DNA from: Candidatus Obscuribacteraceae bacterium
GTDB lineage: Bacteria > Cyanobacteriota > Vampirovibrionia > Obscuribacterales > Obscuribacteraceae
Assembly: GCA_044226015.1 (NCBI GenBank)
Contig: JBGAHS010000001.1
Location: 1,120,001-1,184,000, forward strand
Reading direction: 5' to 3'
DNA: 64,000 bases
Under the pieces are notes generated by a model. The model was not told the origin of the DNA. It worked only from the letters and a program-made list of their open reading frames with translations, and made no database searches. The position numbers and the translations under genes were made by a program. Of this stretch, positions 10,379 through 19,404 are shown in pieces (the first letter of the stretch is position 1; the number at the start of each line of letters is the position of its first letter).

Positions 10379-11037
10379 GTGAGTATGAATCAATGACAAG
10401 CAAAACCTTCTATTCTCCGCTATCGCAAAGAGTGCGTCCTTTTCTGGTTATGTCCCAGGCCAGAGCTGCAAAAGCAAATGCAAGACTGAGCATAACGCGT
10501 CGCTTTGTTTTGGGAAGTACGCATTGGCTTCTCGTCACAAATCCTCAAGATCAATCAAGTCAGGAAGTTTCCATAGACTGGCTTTCGCCTCGGTATGAAG
10601 GCGTTTTTGCTGCACTACTACCTGCCTATATGAGTTTCGACCCCAGTGATGGTGCAGTGGAACACACAATTGTTGAAGTAATTAATAAAACCGAACTTAG
10701 GATTTTAAATGAGCAAGAAATAGCAGTGCTCTTGCCTCATATTCAAGCTGAAATTGTAGGGAGGCGAATTTGGACCGAAGACCTGCAGCAAAGCACCCTA
10801 TTTGGTGACATCAAGAATTCGTTGGGTACCTTCAGTGAAGAGCCTTCAGTGAAAGAGTCTTCAGTGAAAGAGTCTGATGCCGTTGATTTGCTTGCTTCAG
10901 CTGATAGTCATGGTGCGGTCCCCTCTACAGGAACAGATGTTTCGTCTGCAGCAGTAGCTTCCGCACCAGTTGCTTCAGATAGTTCTGAAAACTTGCCTGA
11001 TTCTGCTAAATCGCCAAGGAAGAGGCGTTTTTTCTGA
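10375..11037 (+). CDS. Hypothetical protein, candidate immunity/partner of the giant protein
   Basis: TTG start overlaps the upstream TGA (TTGA). Alternative ATG at 10393. Globular N-terminal region and low-complexity tail. Confidence 0.65.
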   Translation: MSEYESMTSKTFYSPLSQRVRPFLVMSQARAAKANARLSITRRFVLGSTHWLLVTNPQDQSSQEVSIDWLSPRYEGVFAALLPAYMSFDPSDGAVEHTIVEVINKTELRILNEQEIAVLLPHIQAEIVGRRIWTEDLQQSTLFGDIKNSLGTFSEEPSVKESSVKESDAVDLLASADSHGAVPSTGTDVSSAAVASAPVASDSSENLPDSAKSPRKRRFF

Positions 11038-11217
11038 TGAAATTGCTTGAAACGGCTAGATGTCTATTCTTTTTGAAGGACCTATTTCTCCAGACACTCT
11101 GACTGGTGACCCTTATGTCGTCCACAACATCTGCCCGTGGTGAGCTGATTGGAGGCAAGGCGCCGGGGCATAAAGCAAGTAATGTACCTTTCGCGATAAT
11201 GGCTAGGAGCTGTTTTC

Positions 11218-12816
11218 ATGCAATCAAAATCAACGCGTGAAATGTCTTGGGTTCTGGATGGCAGCTCAGAAACAACCGGCGAATACATCAAAGGCAAAAC
11301 GATTACTACGGGCAGTCTCAAACGTAGCGTTTGGAAGCTCTGGCCTCCATTGGTTTTAATTTCGCTTTGCTTTGCGTTGATTCGCCTGGTCCATGTAATG
11401 TGCGCTGGGTATGTTAGCAATGGAGCTCAGGCAATCATTGGCATCTGTGACCTCTATCTTTCACTGGGCTACATAATTCTGGTTTCGCTGTCCTCGGCCG
11501 CTTCAGCATTCGTCTCGCGTTGTGCCGGCAAAGACTCAATCAAAGAAATCGCGGACTCTACCGGACAGGCTTTGAGACTGTGCTTTTTAACTGGTGTTGT
11601 GTTAGCGTTGGTGCTGCGATTCAGTGCAGACTATGTTTTGATTCCTTTCTCGGGTTGTGTCGAAGACTGTGATCAAACCTTGAGTTTTGGAGTAGCGTAT
11701 CTGGATTATGCGGCGTTTTCACTTATTCCCTACGGCGCACTCACAGCAATAAATGCGGCCTTTCTGGGAATGGGTCAAAGCAGGGTGAAGCTCATAACAA
11801 TTGTGACACTCGCTGTAATTGACATTGGCATAACTTATTGCTTGCTTGTGCTCAATTGGCCGGCGAACAATCTCGGCATAAAAGCCATCGGCATAGCCTC
11901 ACTAATTGGCACTTCGGTAGCAAGTTTGCTTGCCCTTCTCATGCTTGCTGCCTCGCCACTTAATGCCGCATTCTCAGCACTGCTAAGCAAGCGAAACACG
12001 GTCGCAAATGGCATCATTGCAACAGGAATTCCAGCAGCGCTTCAAGATATGTGCTGGAGCTTGAGTGAGTTTGTGCTGTACTACATTCTCAAAATGGTGC
12101 CTGATTCGACGTCTGTTGTCGCAGCGTTGAACATCGGGCAGCGGCTTGAGTCAATGGTAACATTTCCTCTTACTGCATTAGGATCGACAATGATCGTAAT
12201 CACCGGACAAAACCTCGGTGCTCGGCGCTTGAACAGAGCCTTTCGCTCTAGTGTCGGAGCGCTTGCTGGCGCTGCGGCAGTGATGGCAGTCGCTGGACTT
12301 GTGCTTTTCTTTTTTGCAAATCACGTTGCTGCTGCGGGCAATGCTTCAGCCGAAACCTTGCCTTTTGTTGTGAACTATTTGAAGTTTGCTGCCATCGGAT
12401 TAGTTTTTGTGGGATTTGATCTCGTAGTCGCAGGCATTCTGCAAGCTCTTCACGACACGAAGATTCCCATGATAATTAATTTCGCCACGACTTGGTTGGT
12501 AAGCCTGCCGCTCATGTACCTTCTGGCTGTAAAGTTGAATATGGGTGCAAACGGAATATGGCTATCCATTCTGCTTGCGAACATCACACTTGGCTCTTCC
12601 GAATTAATTCGTTTCTTTCTCAATCCCGAGTGGAAACATCTGAAATCCAAGAAAGGCACCAATGGTGGTGATCAGGATGAGGATACTTTGCTGCTTGAGC
12701 CTGATGACGAGGTTCTAGATGCTAACGCGCAGCACGTCTCCAGGGGACGACCGTGTCAGGAAATCAAAAGAATGATTCCCGAACCAACACCAGATGAAAG
12801 TGAGCCGTCTCAGTAA
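11218..12816 (+). CDS. MATE family efflux transporter
   Basis: About 12 TM segments. ITTGSLKRSVWKLWPP, GQNLGA, DTKIPM and GANGIW MATE-like motifs. Confidence 0.9.
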   Translation: MQSKSTREMSWVLDGSSETTGEYIKGKTITTGSLKRSVWKLWPPLVLISLCFALIRLVHVMCAGYVSNGAQAIIGICDLYLSLGYIILVSLSSAASAFVSRCAGKDSIKEIADSTGQALRLCFLTGVVLALVLRFSADYVLIPFSGCVEDCDQTLSFGVAYLDYAAFSLIPYGALTAINAAFLGMGQSRVKLITIVTLAVIDIGITYCLLVLNWPANNLGIKAIGIASLIGTSVASLLALLMLAASPLNAAFSALLSKRNTVANGIIATGIPAALQDMCWSLSEFVLYYILKMVPDSTSVVAALNIGQRLESMVTFPLTALGSTMIVITGQNLGARRLNRAFRSSVGALAGAAAVMAVAGLVLFFFANHVAAAGNASAETLPFVVNYLKFAAIGLVFVGFDLVVAGILQALHDTKIPMIINFATTWLVSLPLMYLLAVKLNMGANGIWLSILLANITLGSSELIRFFLNPEWKHLKSKKGTNGGDQDEDTLLLEPDDEVLDANAQHVSRGRPCQEIKRMIPEPTPDESEPSQ

Positions 12817-12883
12817 GACCGGGCGGTTATCATCTTTTGGCAGTTTCTATGAGCCTTTTTTATTTTATGGTCAACAGCAATTT

Positions 12884-14041
12884 CTAGGCGAAACCTCTTT
12901 GTTCCCTGAGTCGCTGGGCAATCTCTCCCCAGGTAGGAACTTTGTTGGTGAAGGTTTCCGAATCCTTGATGATTGCTTGCGGAATTAGACTGGCAGACTT
13001 GTTAACTACGTTCGGCATCTTCTTTATTGCAGTTCCAATTGCAATAAGCTCAATTACACCACCTCCAAGATCGTAGACATAGGTCTTTACGCCGACTACA
13101 TCCTCAGCCCCGCAACTTGTTGCATCTTCCTGGACCATGTTCAATGCTTTCAGCCTTGCTTGATAAATTAAATATGTGAGTTCTTTGATTTCGCCGCGAA
13201 CGAAACTCTTGAACATTGCTTTGATACCACCTGTGATTCCAATCGAAAATACGGAAACACCAAGAACGAGCTTGACAGGGCAGTAGCCAGCATGCACAAC
13301 ATTCCACATTTCTTCATTAGTGAGATCGCTTGTAATGGGTGATTCTGTGTACTCCTGAGGCAAGCCGGGATGATGGGATGCTGTTCCTGTCATAAGCATT
13401 TCTTGAACGCCTGCTAGCGGTGAGATGAGCGTTTCAATGCCTAAGACCGCATTTGCTCCGGCTTCTTTTGCTTCTGCTACGATACGAGACAAAGCTAGAT
13501 GTCTGGTCTTGTTGAGCATCTGCGAGTATTCGATAACTTCCCCGCTTTTCATACTGCGCAATGAACCCATTATGCCGCCTGCAATTCCAAGAGAGTAGGC
13601 AACGTTTCCAAAGACAAATTGAACTGGCTCGAAGCCGCAGTCCATTTGGCAATACAATGATTGTCCGTTAGCTGAAGTTGAAAAAACATGGTCGGGCGTG
13701 TGCGGTTTGCCTTGACCAACGCGGTGTATTGTTGAGCCAATCGCGAGGTATTCGATGTTAGTATCGTGAAAGATGAGTTGACTTGTCACTCCTGTTACGC
13801 CTTCACCAACATGTCTTCTTGCTTCTTCAACCATGCGTAAGTAGGCTTGCTGACGCCCCTCTTTGATAATGCTGGTTATCTCGTGTATTTCTCCACCAGC
13901 AATTGTGCGGAGTCCAGAAGCAATGCCGCCTACAACTCCGAGCGCAAAAACGCTGTTTCCCACAACTAAGTTTCCCGGCTCAAAACCTTTTTCACGCATG
14001 CAATAAAGTTCGTTTCCCGATAGTCCGGTAATTATTGCCAT
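12884..14041 (-). CDS. Triple YbjQ/UPF0145 (heavy-metal-binding-like) domain protein
   Basis: Three repeats of G..V.GN/S....G..GG....lr....GE..E.......R..A...m...A...GA..V.G. Confidence 0.8.
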   Translation of the reverse strand: MAIITGLSGNELYCMREKGFEPGNLVVGNSVFALGVVGGIASGLRTIAGGEIHEITSIIKEGRQQAYLRMVEEARRHVGEGVTGVTSQLIFHDTNIEYLAIGSTIHRVGQGKPHTPDHVFSTSANGQSLYCQMDCGFEPVQFVFGNVAYSLGIAGGIMGSLRSMKSGEVIEYSQMLNKTRHLALSRIVAEAKEAGANAVLGIETLISPLAGVQEMLMTGTASHHPGLPQEYTESPITSDLTNEEMWNVVHAGYCPVKLVLGVSVFSIGITGGIKAMFKSFVRGEIKELTYLIYQARLKALNMVQEDATSCGAEDVVGVKTYVYDLGGGVIELIAIGTAIKKMPNVVNKSASLIPQAIIKDSETFTNKVPTWGEIAQRLREQRGFA

Positions 14042-14306
14042 TTGCTGATCTCCCTCTATCTAAACTACAGCACGCTCAATGTTCGTGTATTGTAATAGCT
14101 ATCATACCCATCATTCGCGCAGCTGCTGTTTATCTCGCAAGCCACGATTCGTCGTTGATTCGTTAGCTGCGATTCATGACTGGCTTGGATATGCTTGCGT
14201 TTAACTACAAAATCGCCGAAGTCTTTCTGTCTAAATTATTTACAGGAATAAATTACTTGTTGGCCTTTTCGGGAATAATGTAATTTATGTAGCAGAGGTA
14301 ATCATC

Positions 14307-16520
14307 ATGAGCGCCCACCCAGATGAGTCCGAAGGCGTCGAATCTCCGAAGACGACGGACAGGTCTGAGAAGGCAGAGAGAGGCGCTCTGACGCTGCAAG
14401 GCAGCGTCTCAATGGATGAAATCTCGACATTCAATGATAAAAACAAGCACGAACTTAGTCCTGAAAACAGGCGTGACCGGCGCACAGCAGGGCGTGGCAC
14501 TTTTGGCGAATGCGAAATTCAGACAATTAAGACTTGTGGCAATGACAAGCAAACCTCTGTGGAATTAAAAAACGGTTTGCCGGAGAAGATATTTACTCAC
14601 GGTCAAGAATGGGAGCGCAGCAGCAATTCTAAAGTATGGAACGTTACCGAGGGAGACAAGAATTACGACCTGAAAGCTGATGTGCGCTTAAAAGGAAACG
14701 ACCTTATAGCGAAAGTACATTATGAAAATGGACGGGAAGTAACCTATAAGAATGGTGAGCCGACTGCGATTCATCATCCGAATGGTGAGATCTGGAGCAA
14801 AGACACGAAGCAGGAAGGACGGTGGAATGTTTCTGTTCCTAACAAAGATGATCCTGCGCATCCACACAAAACAACGATTACAGACGTTCAAGTTAATACC
14901 GCTGATGGTGACATAAAATGGCACGTTGATCAGGGGGCTGCGAAGGGGCACGATCGAGAAATTACTGCGGATAAGCAGTATCACGACCGCGTGAATGGCG
15001 TAGAGGTGAGCAATCACAAATTGGAGCAGGCAGTTAGAAATGGTTCTCCAAATCATCAATTAGAGAGGGCTCCTCTCAAGGCGGAGCATGTAGAACAGGT
15101 TCTCTATAAAGCAGAGAAGCCAGCAGTGCCTCACAGGGAAGCGGAGAAGACAGCTCCGCACGAAAAATCCGCGGCGCAAAAGCTCGAACACCGATCACCA
15201 TCATCATCAAAAGCAGAGCATGTAGAACAGGTTCTCTATAAAGCAGAGAAGCCAGCAGTGCCTCACAGGGAAGCGGAGAAGACGGCTCCGCACGAAAAAT
15301 CCGCGGCGCAAAAGCTCGAACACAATTCGGCTTCGAAGGCAGATTCAGAATCATCGAAAGAACACAGAGCGACCAAGAATTCAGAACAGAAGGGCGAAAT
15401 CAAGCACGAAGAAAAGGAAGAAACAGATCCTCGGCGCATTGGTTTTATGCCAGATCTCTACAAGTACTACGAAGAGAGAGCCACCCGTGAGACTGCGGAA
15501 CGAGCAAGAGTGATGTCAGAAATCTCCATGGCTATTACTCATAAGAACTATCAAATTCCGGAGTCAGAACACCCGAAGTATGACGCCAGGAACGAAACTA
15601 AAAACGATCGTTTTGCTCCACCGGGCATCGGCGAAGACCTTCACAAATTCTACGCTGAAAGAGCCCGAATTGAGACGGAGGAGAGAATGCGTTCTTTCCG
15701 TGAAGTAAATGTCGCTATTGGACGTGCCTTCGAGAAGCAAGGCGAACAGGCGAGAAGAAAAGCCTTTGCCGAGTTGCTAACAAATACCCAAGTAGTCAAA
15801 GACCACGTGATGGAACAAGTTAAAGCAGCGGCACCAAAAGTGATGGCAAATGCGATGAGCATTCCACCATTCGATCGGAATACTGATTCGAACCATGCTG
15901 GTGGAAAAAATCAATTGCTAAGTCGCCAGTCAATTGATAATGGCGCATCATCAGATCATGCAACTCCTCATGTTCATCGTGGTGCGCTACTTAATAGGCT
16001 CGCCTCTCCGCATGAGGAAAACACTGAATCGGCACCTCATGCGAACAGACCTGGCGTCCTGCTTAGGCACTTGCAGGAGAGCAAAGCTGCTTCAAGAACA
16101 GATGAAAATCACAACGCCAGCGAAGTTAAAAATACAAATAGCATCTGGGAAGCTGGCAAAAACATGCTCAAGACTAACTGGCATACACAAAGTCATATCA
16201 ACAATGGTTCAGAGGCACACGTGCGATCGTCCTACAACGGACGAATTCTTGAGCGCGTGCCGCAGAGCTTCATCTCACAAGGTGGGGACAATTCTCATCC
16301 GAATGCGTACCAGGCTCGCCCTCGGGAGCTGCCGCATTACAATTCCAGCAACGATGTTAACACCAACAGTATGCTCCGCGCGGCGTCAAATATGTTCGTA
16401 GTAAACAAGAGTTTCGTCAACTACGCCAGTTCTCGAACAGATGGTGGCGGTTTCAAAACTTACAATGGTCAAGCACTGCACAGAGTTCCAACCAGCTACA
16501 TTTCACGACGCATTCATTGA
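14307..16520 (+). CDS. Hypothetical repeat-containing protein, no signal peptide
   Basis: 737-aa ORF with an RBS (AGAGG). Beta-repeat region resembling the giant protein. Several internal duplications. Confidence 0.75.
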   Translation: MSAHPDESEGVESPKTTDRSEKAERGALTLQGSVSMDEISTFNDKNKHELSPENRRDRRTAGRGTFGECEIQTIKTCGNDKQTSVELKNGLPEKIFTHGQEWERSSNSKVWNVTEGDKNYDLKADVRLKGNDLIAKVHYENGREVTYKNGEPTAIHHPNGEIWSKDTKQEGRWNVSVPNKDDPAHPHKTTITDVQVNTADGDIKWHVDQGAAKGHDREITADKQYHDRVNGVEVSNHKLEQAVRNGSPNHQLERAPLKAEHVEQVLYKAEKPAVPHREAEKTAPHEKSAAQKLEHRSPSSSKAEHVEQVLYKAEKPAVPHREAEKTAPHEKSAAQKLEHNSASKADSESSKEHRATKNSEQKGEIKHEEKEETDPRRIGFMPDLYKYYEERATRETAERARVMSEISMAITHKNYQIPESEHPKYDARNETKNDRFAPPGIGEDLHKFYAERARIETEERMRSFREVNVAIGRAFEKQGEQARRKAFAELLTNTQVVKDHVMEQVKAAAPKVMANAMSIPPFDRNTDSNHAGGKNQLLSRQSIDNGASSDHATPHVHRGALLNRLASPHEENTESAPHANRPGVLLRHLQESKAASRTDENHNASEVKNTNSIWEAGKNMLKTNWHTQSHINNGSEAHVRSSYNGRILERVPQSFISQGGDNSHPNAYQARPRELPHYNSSNDVNTNSMLRAASNMFVVNKSFVNYASSRTDGGGFKTYNGQALHRVPTSYISRRIH
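15078..15323 (+). repeat. Near-identical 114-bp direct repeat, 132-bp period
   Basis: KAEHVEQVLYKAEKPAVPHREAEKTAPHEKSAAQKLEH is encoded twice with only a few synonymous changes. Confidence 0.95.
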
Positions 16521-16542
16521 CCCGAAGCCTAATGGAAAATAA

Positions 16543-18372
16543 TCATCTGTTGCTTTGATCATTGTCCTGAAGATGTACCATTCGTCCAAAGCCGATTACG
16601 TTGCTCATCGTTGGATGAGTGATCTCTTTGTCGCCTTCGCCCCAATATGAACCTTCCCAATAACCGATTGGTGTGTCGTCATTTGAAAGAACTATGCGTA
16701 TGCACCCTACGCCCAACCCGTTGCGATGCTTCTGGTGTGCGCGCGGTGGAAGGCTCTCTGGGGCAAAATGGTAAACCGATGAAGCATCAATTACGGACAC
16801 TTCTATATACCTATAGCCGTTGCTTTCTTGCACTGTTGCCGGTGCACGTTGTACCATCATCACGTGCCCAGTGTTGCCACCAGCTTTCGCTTTCCCCGCC
16901 TTCCATGCAATTATGTCGCCTGGTTTGAGATCACGCCATCGTCGAATGCGAATCCAGCCATCATGCACCTGGTCGTCATCCATTTCGGTGAAAAAGGTTG
17001 CCCAGACTTTGGCTTGAGGGTAACTATGTCCAGGTTCTCTGGAGCGCACAACTGTGTAGTGTCGTGGTGCTACAGTGTGCACAAGGTAGCTTATAAACCC
17101 TGAGCAGTCAGTGAGAGCCTTAAGATCGTTTCCACCATCTGCGCTGATCTGATTGGCCGCGGGAACTTGATGGTGAGAGTAACGGACAACGGTGGCACGA
17201 TTAAACACTGATTCTGCCAGGTGAAGCGCTCTCTCCCCCAGGGTTTCACCAGACGCATCTTCTGCCGCGGTTTGACTCGTGTTGGTATCTTGCCGTCTCT
17301 CGGCATCGCGATCGAGTCGCTTTTCACCGTCTCTTTGTGGTGCGTTGCCTTGTCCGCCTCTGGCGCTCTCGCGATTTTTTTCAAAGGCTTCTTCATGCTC
17401 GCGATTTCCCTTCCCGCCAGATGCATCTGCCAGAAGCTTTGGCGATCTCAAATCTGAGCTAGTCTCCGGCGCACTGTATTTGGCAAGCGAAATGTTTTCG
17501 CCAGCCTTTCCATTACTCATTATTTCGCTCAAGTTGGAATTGCGGTGCTCATAGAGCCAGCGTATTGCATGCAGTTCTACTTGTTTTAGTCCGGGGCTTT
17601 CCTCTGGATGCGGGCTGATTACGAGAATAGACCCTTTTCCATAGCGAGAAAAAATTGCTGCTGGCGCACCGACCATCACTCCCGGTTTTCCGCCCTCTCC
17701 TACAACTTCTTCCCGGAAATATCCCAATGAAGTAAAACTGTCATCAGGTTTCTCAAACGGAGGGGAAAACACAGGACCATTTTCATATGCTACGCGCACA
17801 AATTTGGACTGTACTCCGAACACCTCTTGTCCTGCTGGTGTTAGCTCAACTAGTAGTTTCGGGGCTCCATTTGTGCGCCACCAATGCTCTGAATCATTCG
17901 TCTTCAACGGAAGCAGACCTAAATACACTTCCTTGAGGCTTGATGCCAAATACGCCCCTGCACAAACACCGAGGTAAATGCCACCATCTTTGATGAAGCG
18001 CTTTATTTCATCGCGTGCTTCAGGACCCATTGTTGTGGACTCTGTGGTGGCAGAACCCCCAGGAATTATCAGTGCTTGATAGTCTTTGAGCGATCCATAT
18101 CTCAAGTCTGAGTTATGAATGATCTGGTAGCTGATGTTTTCATCGACATTGTTTCTCAGTTCCTTTCTAAACTCACTGGCTTCGGTGCCAGGATTGATCA
18201 AAAGTGCCACTTTTATTTGTGCTGATTCTGCTTGCACCACCTGAGAAACGGGTGCAATGCTTAACGATACTGCGATCAACAAACTGCTAAGAAAGGTGCA
18301 GATCGATTTATTCCAGTTCATGGTATTTTTCATTGTCTTCCTAGTGGAAATGAGTTGTGCTTGCTTCTTCAA
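16543..18372 (-). CDS. Exported BPL_N (class I GATase-like) domain fused to an NlpC/P60-like cysteine hydrolase domain
   Basis: Signal-like leader. IPGGS, YLGVCAGAY and SPHPE motifs. C-terminal DCSGF...PGDIIAW...GHVM. Confidence 0.75.
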   Translation of the reverse strand: MKKQAQLISTRKTMKNTMNWNKSICTFLSSLLIAVSLSIAPVSQVVQAESAQIKVALLINPGTEASEFRKELRNNVDENISYQIIHNSDLRYGSLKDYQALIIPGGSATTESTTMGPEARDEIKRFIKDGGIYLGVCAGAYLASSLKEVYLGLLPLKTNDSEHWWRTNGAPKLLVELTPAGQEVFGVQSKFVRVAYENGPVFSPPFEKPDDSFTSLGYFREEVVGEGGKPGVMVGAPAAIFSRYGKGSILVISPHPEESPGLKQVELHAIRWLYEHRNSNLSEIMSNGKAGENISLAKYSAPETSSDLRSPKLLADASGGKGNREHEEAFEKNRESARGGQGNAPQRDGEKRLDRDAERRQDTNTSQTAAEDASGETLGERALHLAESVFNRATVVRYSHHQVPAANQISADGGNDLKALTDCSGFISYLVHTVAPRHYTVVRSREPGHSYPQAKVWATFFTEMDDDQVHDGWIRIRRWRDLKPGDIIAWKAGKAKAGGNTGHVMMVQRAPATVQESNGYRYIEVSVIDASSVYHFAPESLPPRAHQKHRNGLGVGCIRIVLSNDDTPIGYWEGSYWGEGDKEITHPTMSNVIGFGRMVHLQDNDQSNR

Positions 18373-19205
18373 TTTTTACCTTCCTGCACGCCTGTCACCT
18401 GGTGCTGATACATCCATTGCAGAGCGTGCATGAGTATATGTCCCAAGTGTGGTGTTTTTTCTGGATGCGGGCTCAACGCAAGTACAGTGCCACGTCCGTA
18501 ATGGGCTAAGAATCCGATGGGCGCTCCCAACATTACGCCGCGCTTGCCACCTTCGGCAACTACCTCGCTGCGGAAATAACCGAGCGGTGTAATTGGCTCA
18601 TTCGAACCTTCAAAAGGTTGACTGAAGATTGGTCCATTTTCGTACAAAATTTCCAGATCTTTGCGGGAGGCGCCGAATACTTCCATTCCACGGTCTGTTA
18701 ATTCGACTTTTACGTCTGTTCCATTTGGCGTGCGAAACCAATGTTCCTGGTCTAAGGTGCTAACGGGAATAAGTCCTAAATCTTTGTCCTTAGCTTTTGA
18801 AGACAAATAAGCGCCTGCGCAAACTCCAAGATAAATTCCACCTTCGCGAATGAAGCGGCGTACCTCTTCGCGCGCTTCTCGTCCCATGCTGCGCGCTTCT
18901 TTCTGCGCACTTCCTCCGGGCACGATCAATGCATCGTAACGCTTTAAACGGCCACTTTCTATGTCAGAGCCTTCGACAGTTTTCCAGGAAAAATCGCTGT
19001 TTGATAATAAACGCTTGAAGTTCTTTTTTGCTGGGGCTGAGGCACCTTTATCTACGAATAGAGCAACCGACATCGTTTGTCCATCTTTGGCTTCGGCCGG
19101 CAGATAGAAAACCTGGTTGATGAATGTAATTGCCATTAAAAGTAATGGAACAGATTTCAAAATGCACGTCGCGAAATAGCTTGGGTTTGGAGTGTTTCCA
19201 ATCAT
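18369..19205 (-). CDS. Exported BPL_N (class I GATase-like) domain protein, paralogue of the downstream gene
   Basis: VPGGS, YLGVCAGAY, YENGP and SPHPE motifs. Signal-like leader. Confidence 0.8.
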   Translation of the reverse strand: MIGNTPNPSYFATCILKSVPLLLMAITFINQVFYLPAEAKDGQTMSVALFVDKGASAPAKKNFKRLLSNSDFSWKTVEGSDIESGRLKRYDALIVPGGSAQKEARSMGREAREEVRRFIREGGIYLGVCAGAYLSSKAKDKDLGLIPVSTLDQEHWFRTPNGTDVKVELTDRGMEVFGASRKDLEILYENGPIFSQPFEGSNEPITPLGYFRSEVVAEGGKRGVMLGAPIGFLAHYGRGTVLALSPHPEKTPHLGHILMHALQWMYQHQVTGVQEGKN

Positions 19206-19404
19206 GCACGAATCCTTAAAATCGGACCTTCCAAGTTTGTATTACCCTGTTTGCAATGAATTCTTTTGCTGACATCTGCTTCGGAATTGTTTTATCTCAG
19301 CAGCGGGAATGGCAACTCATCTATTATTCTGAGAGTAAATCTTGATTTGGCGATGACGGGTGCTGACCGCGAGAACTTTCTCAGTATTGCTGATCATCAA
19401 CAAT

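Noticed and set aside
10846..10875. 15-bp in-frame duplication (SVKES twice)
   Set aside because: Small slippage in a disordered tail with no frame change.
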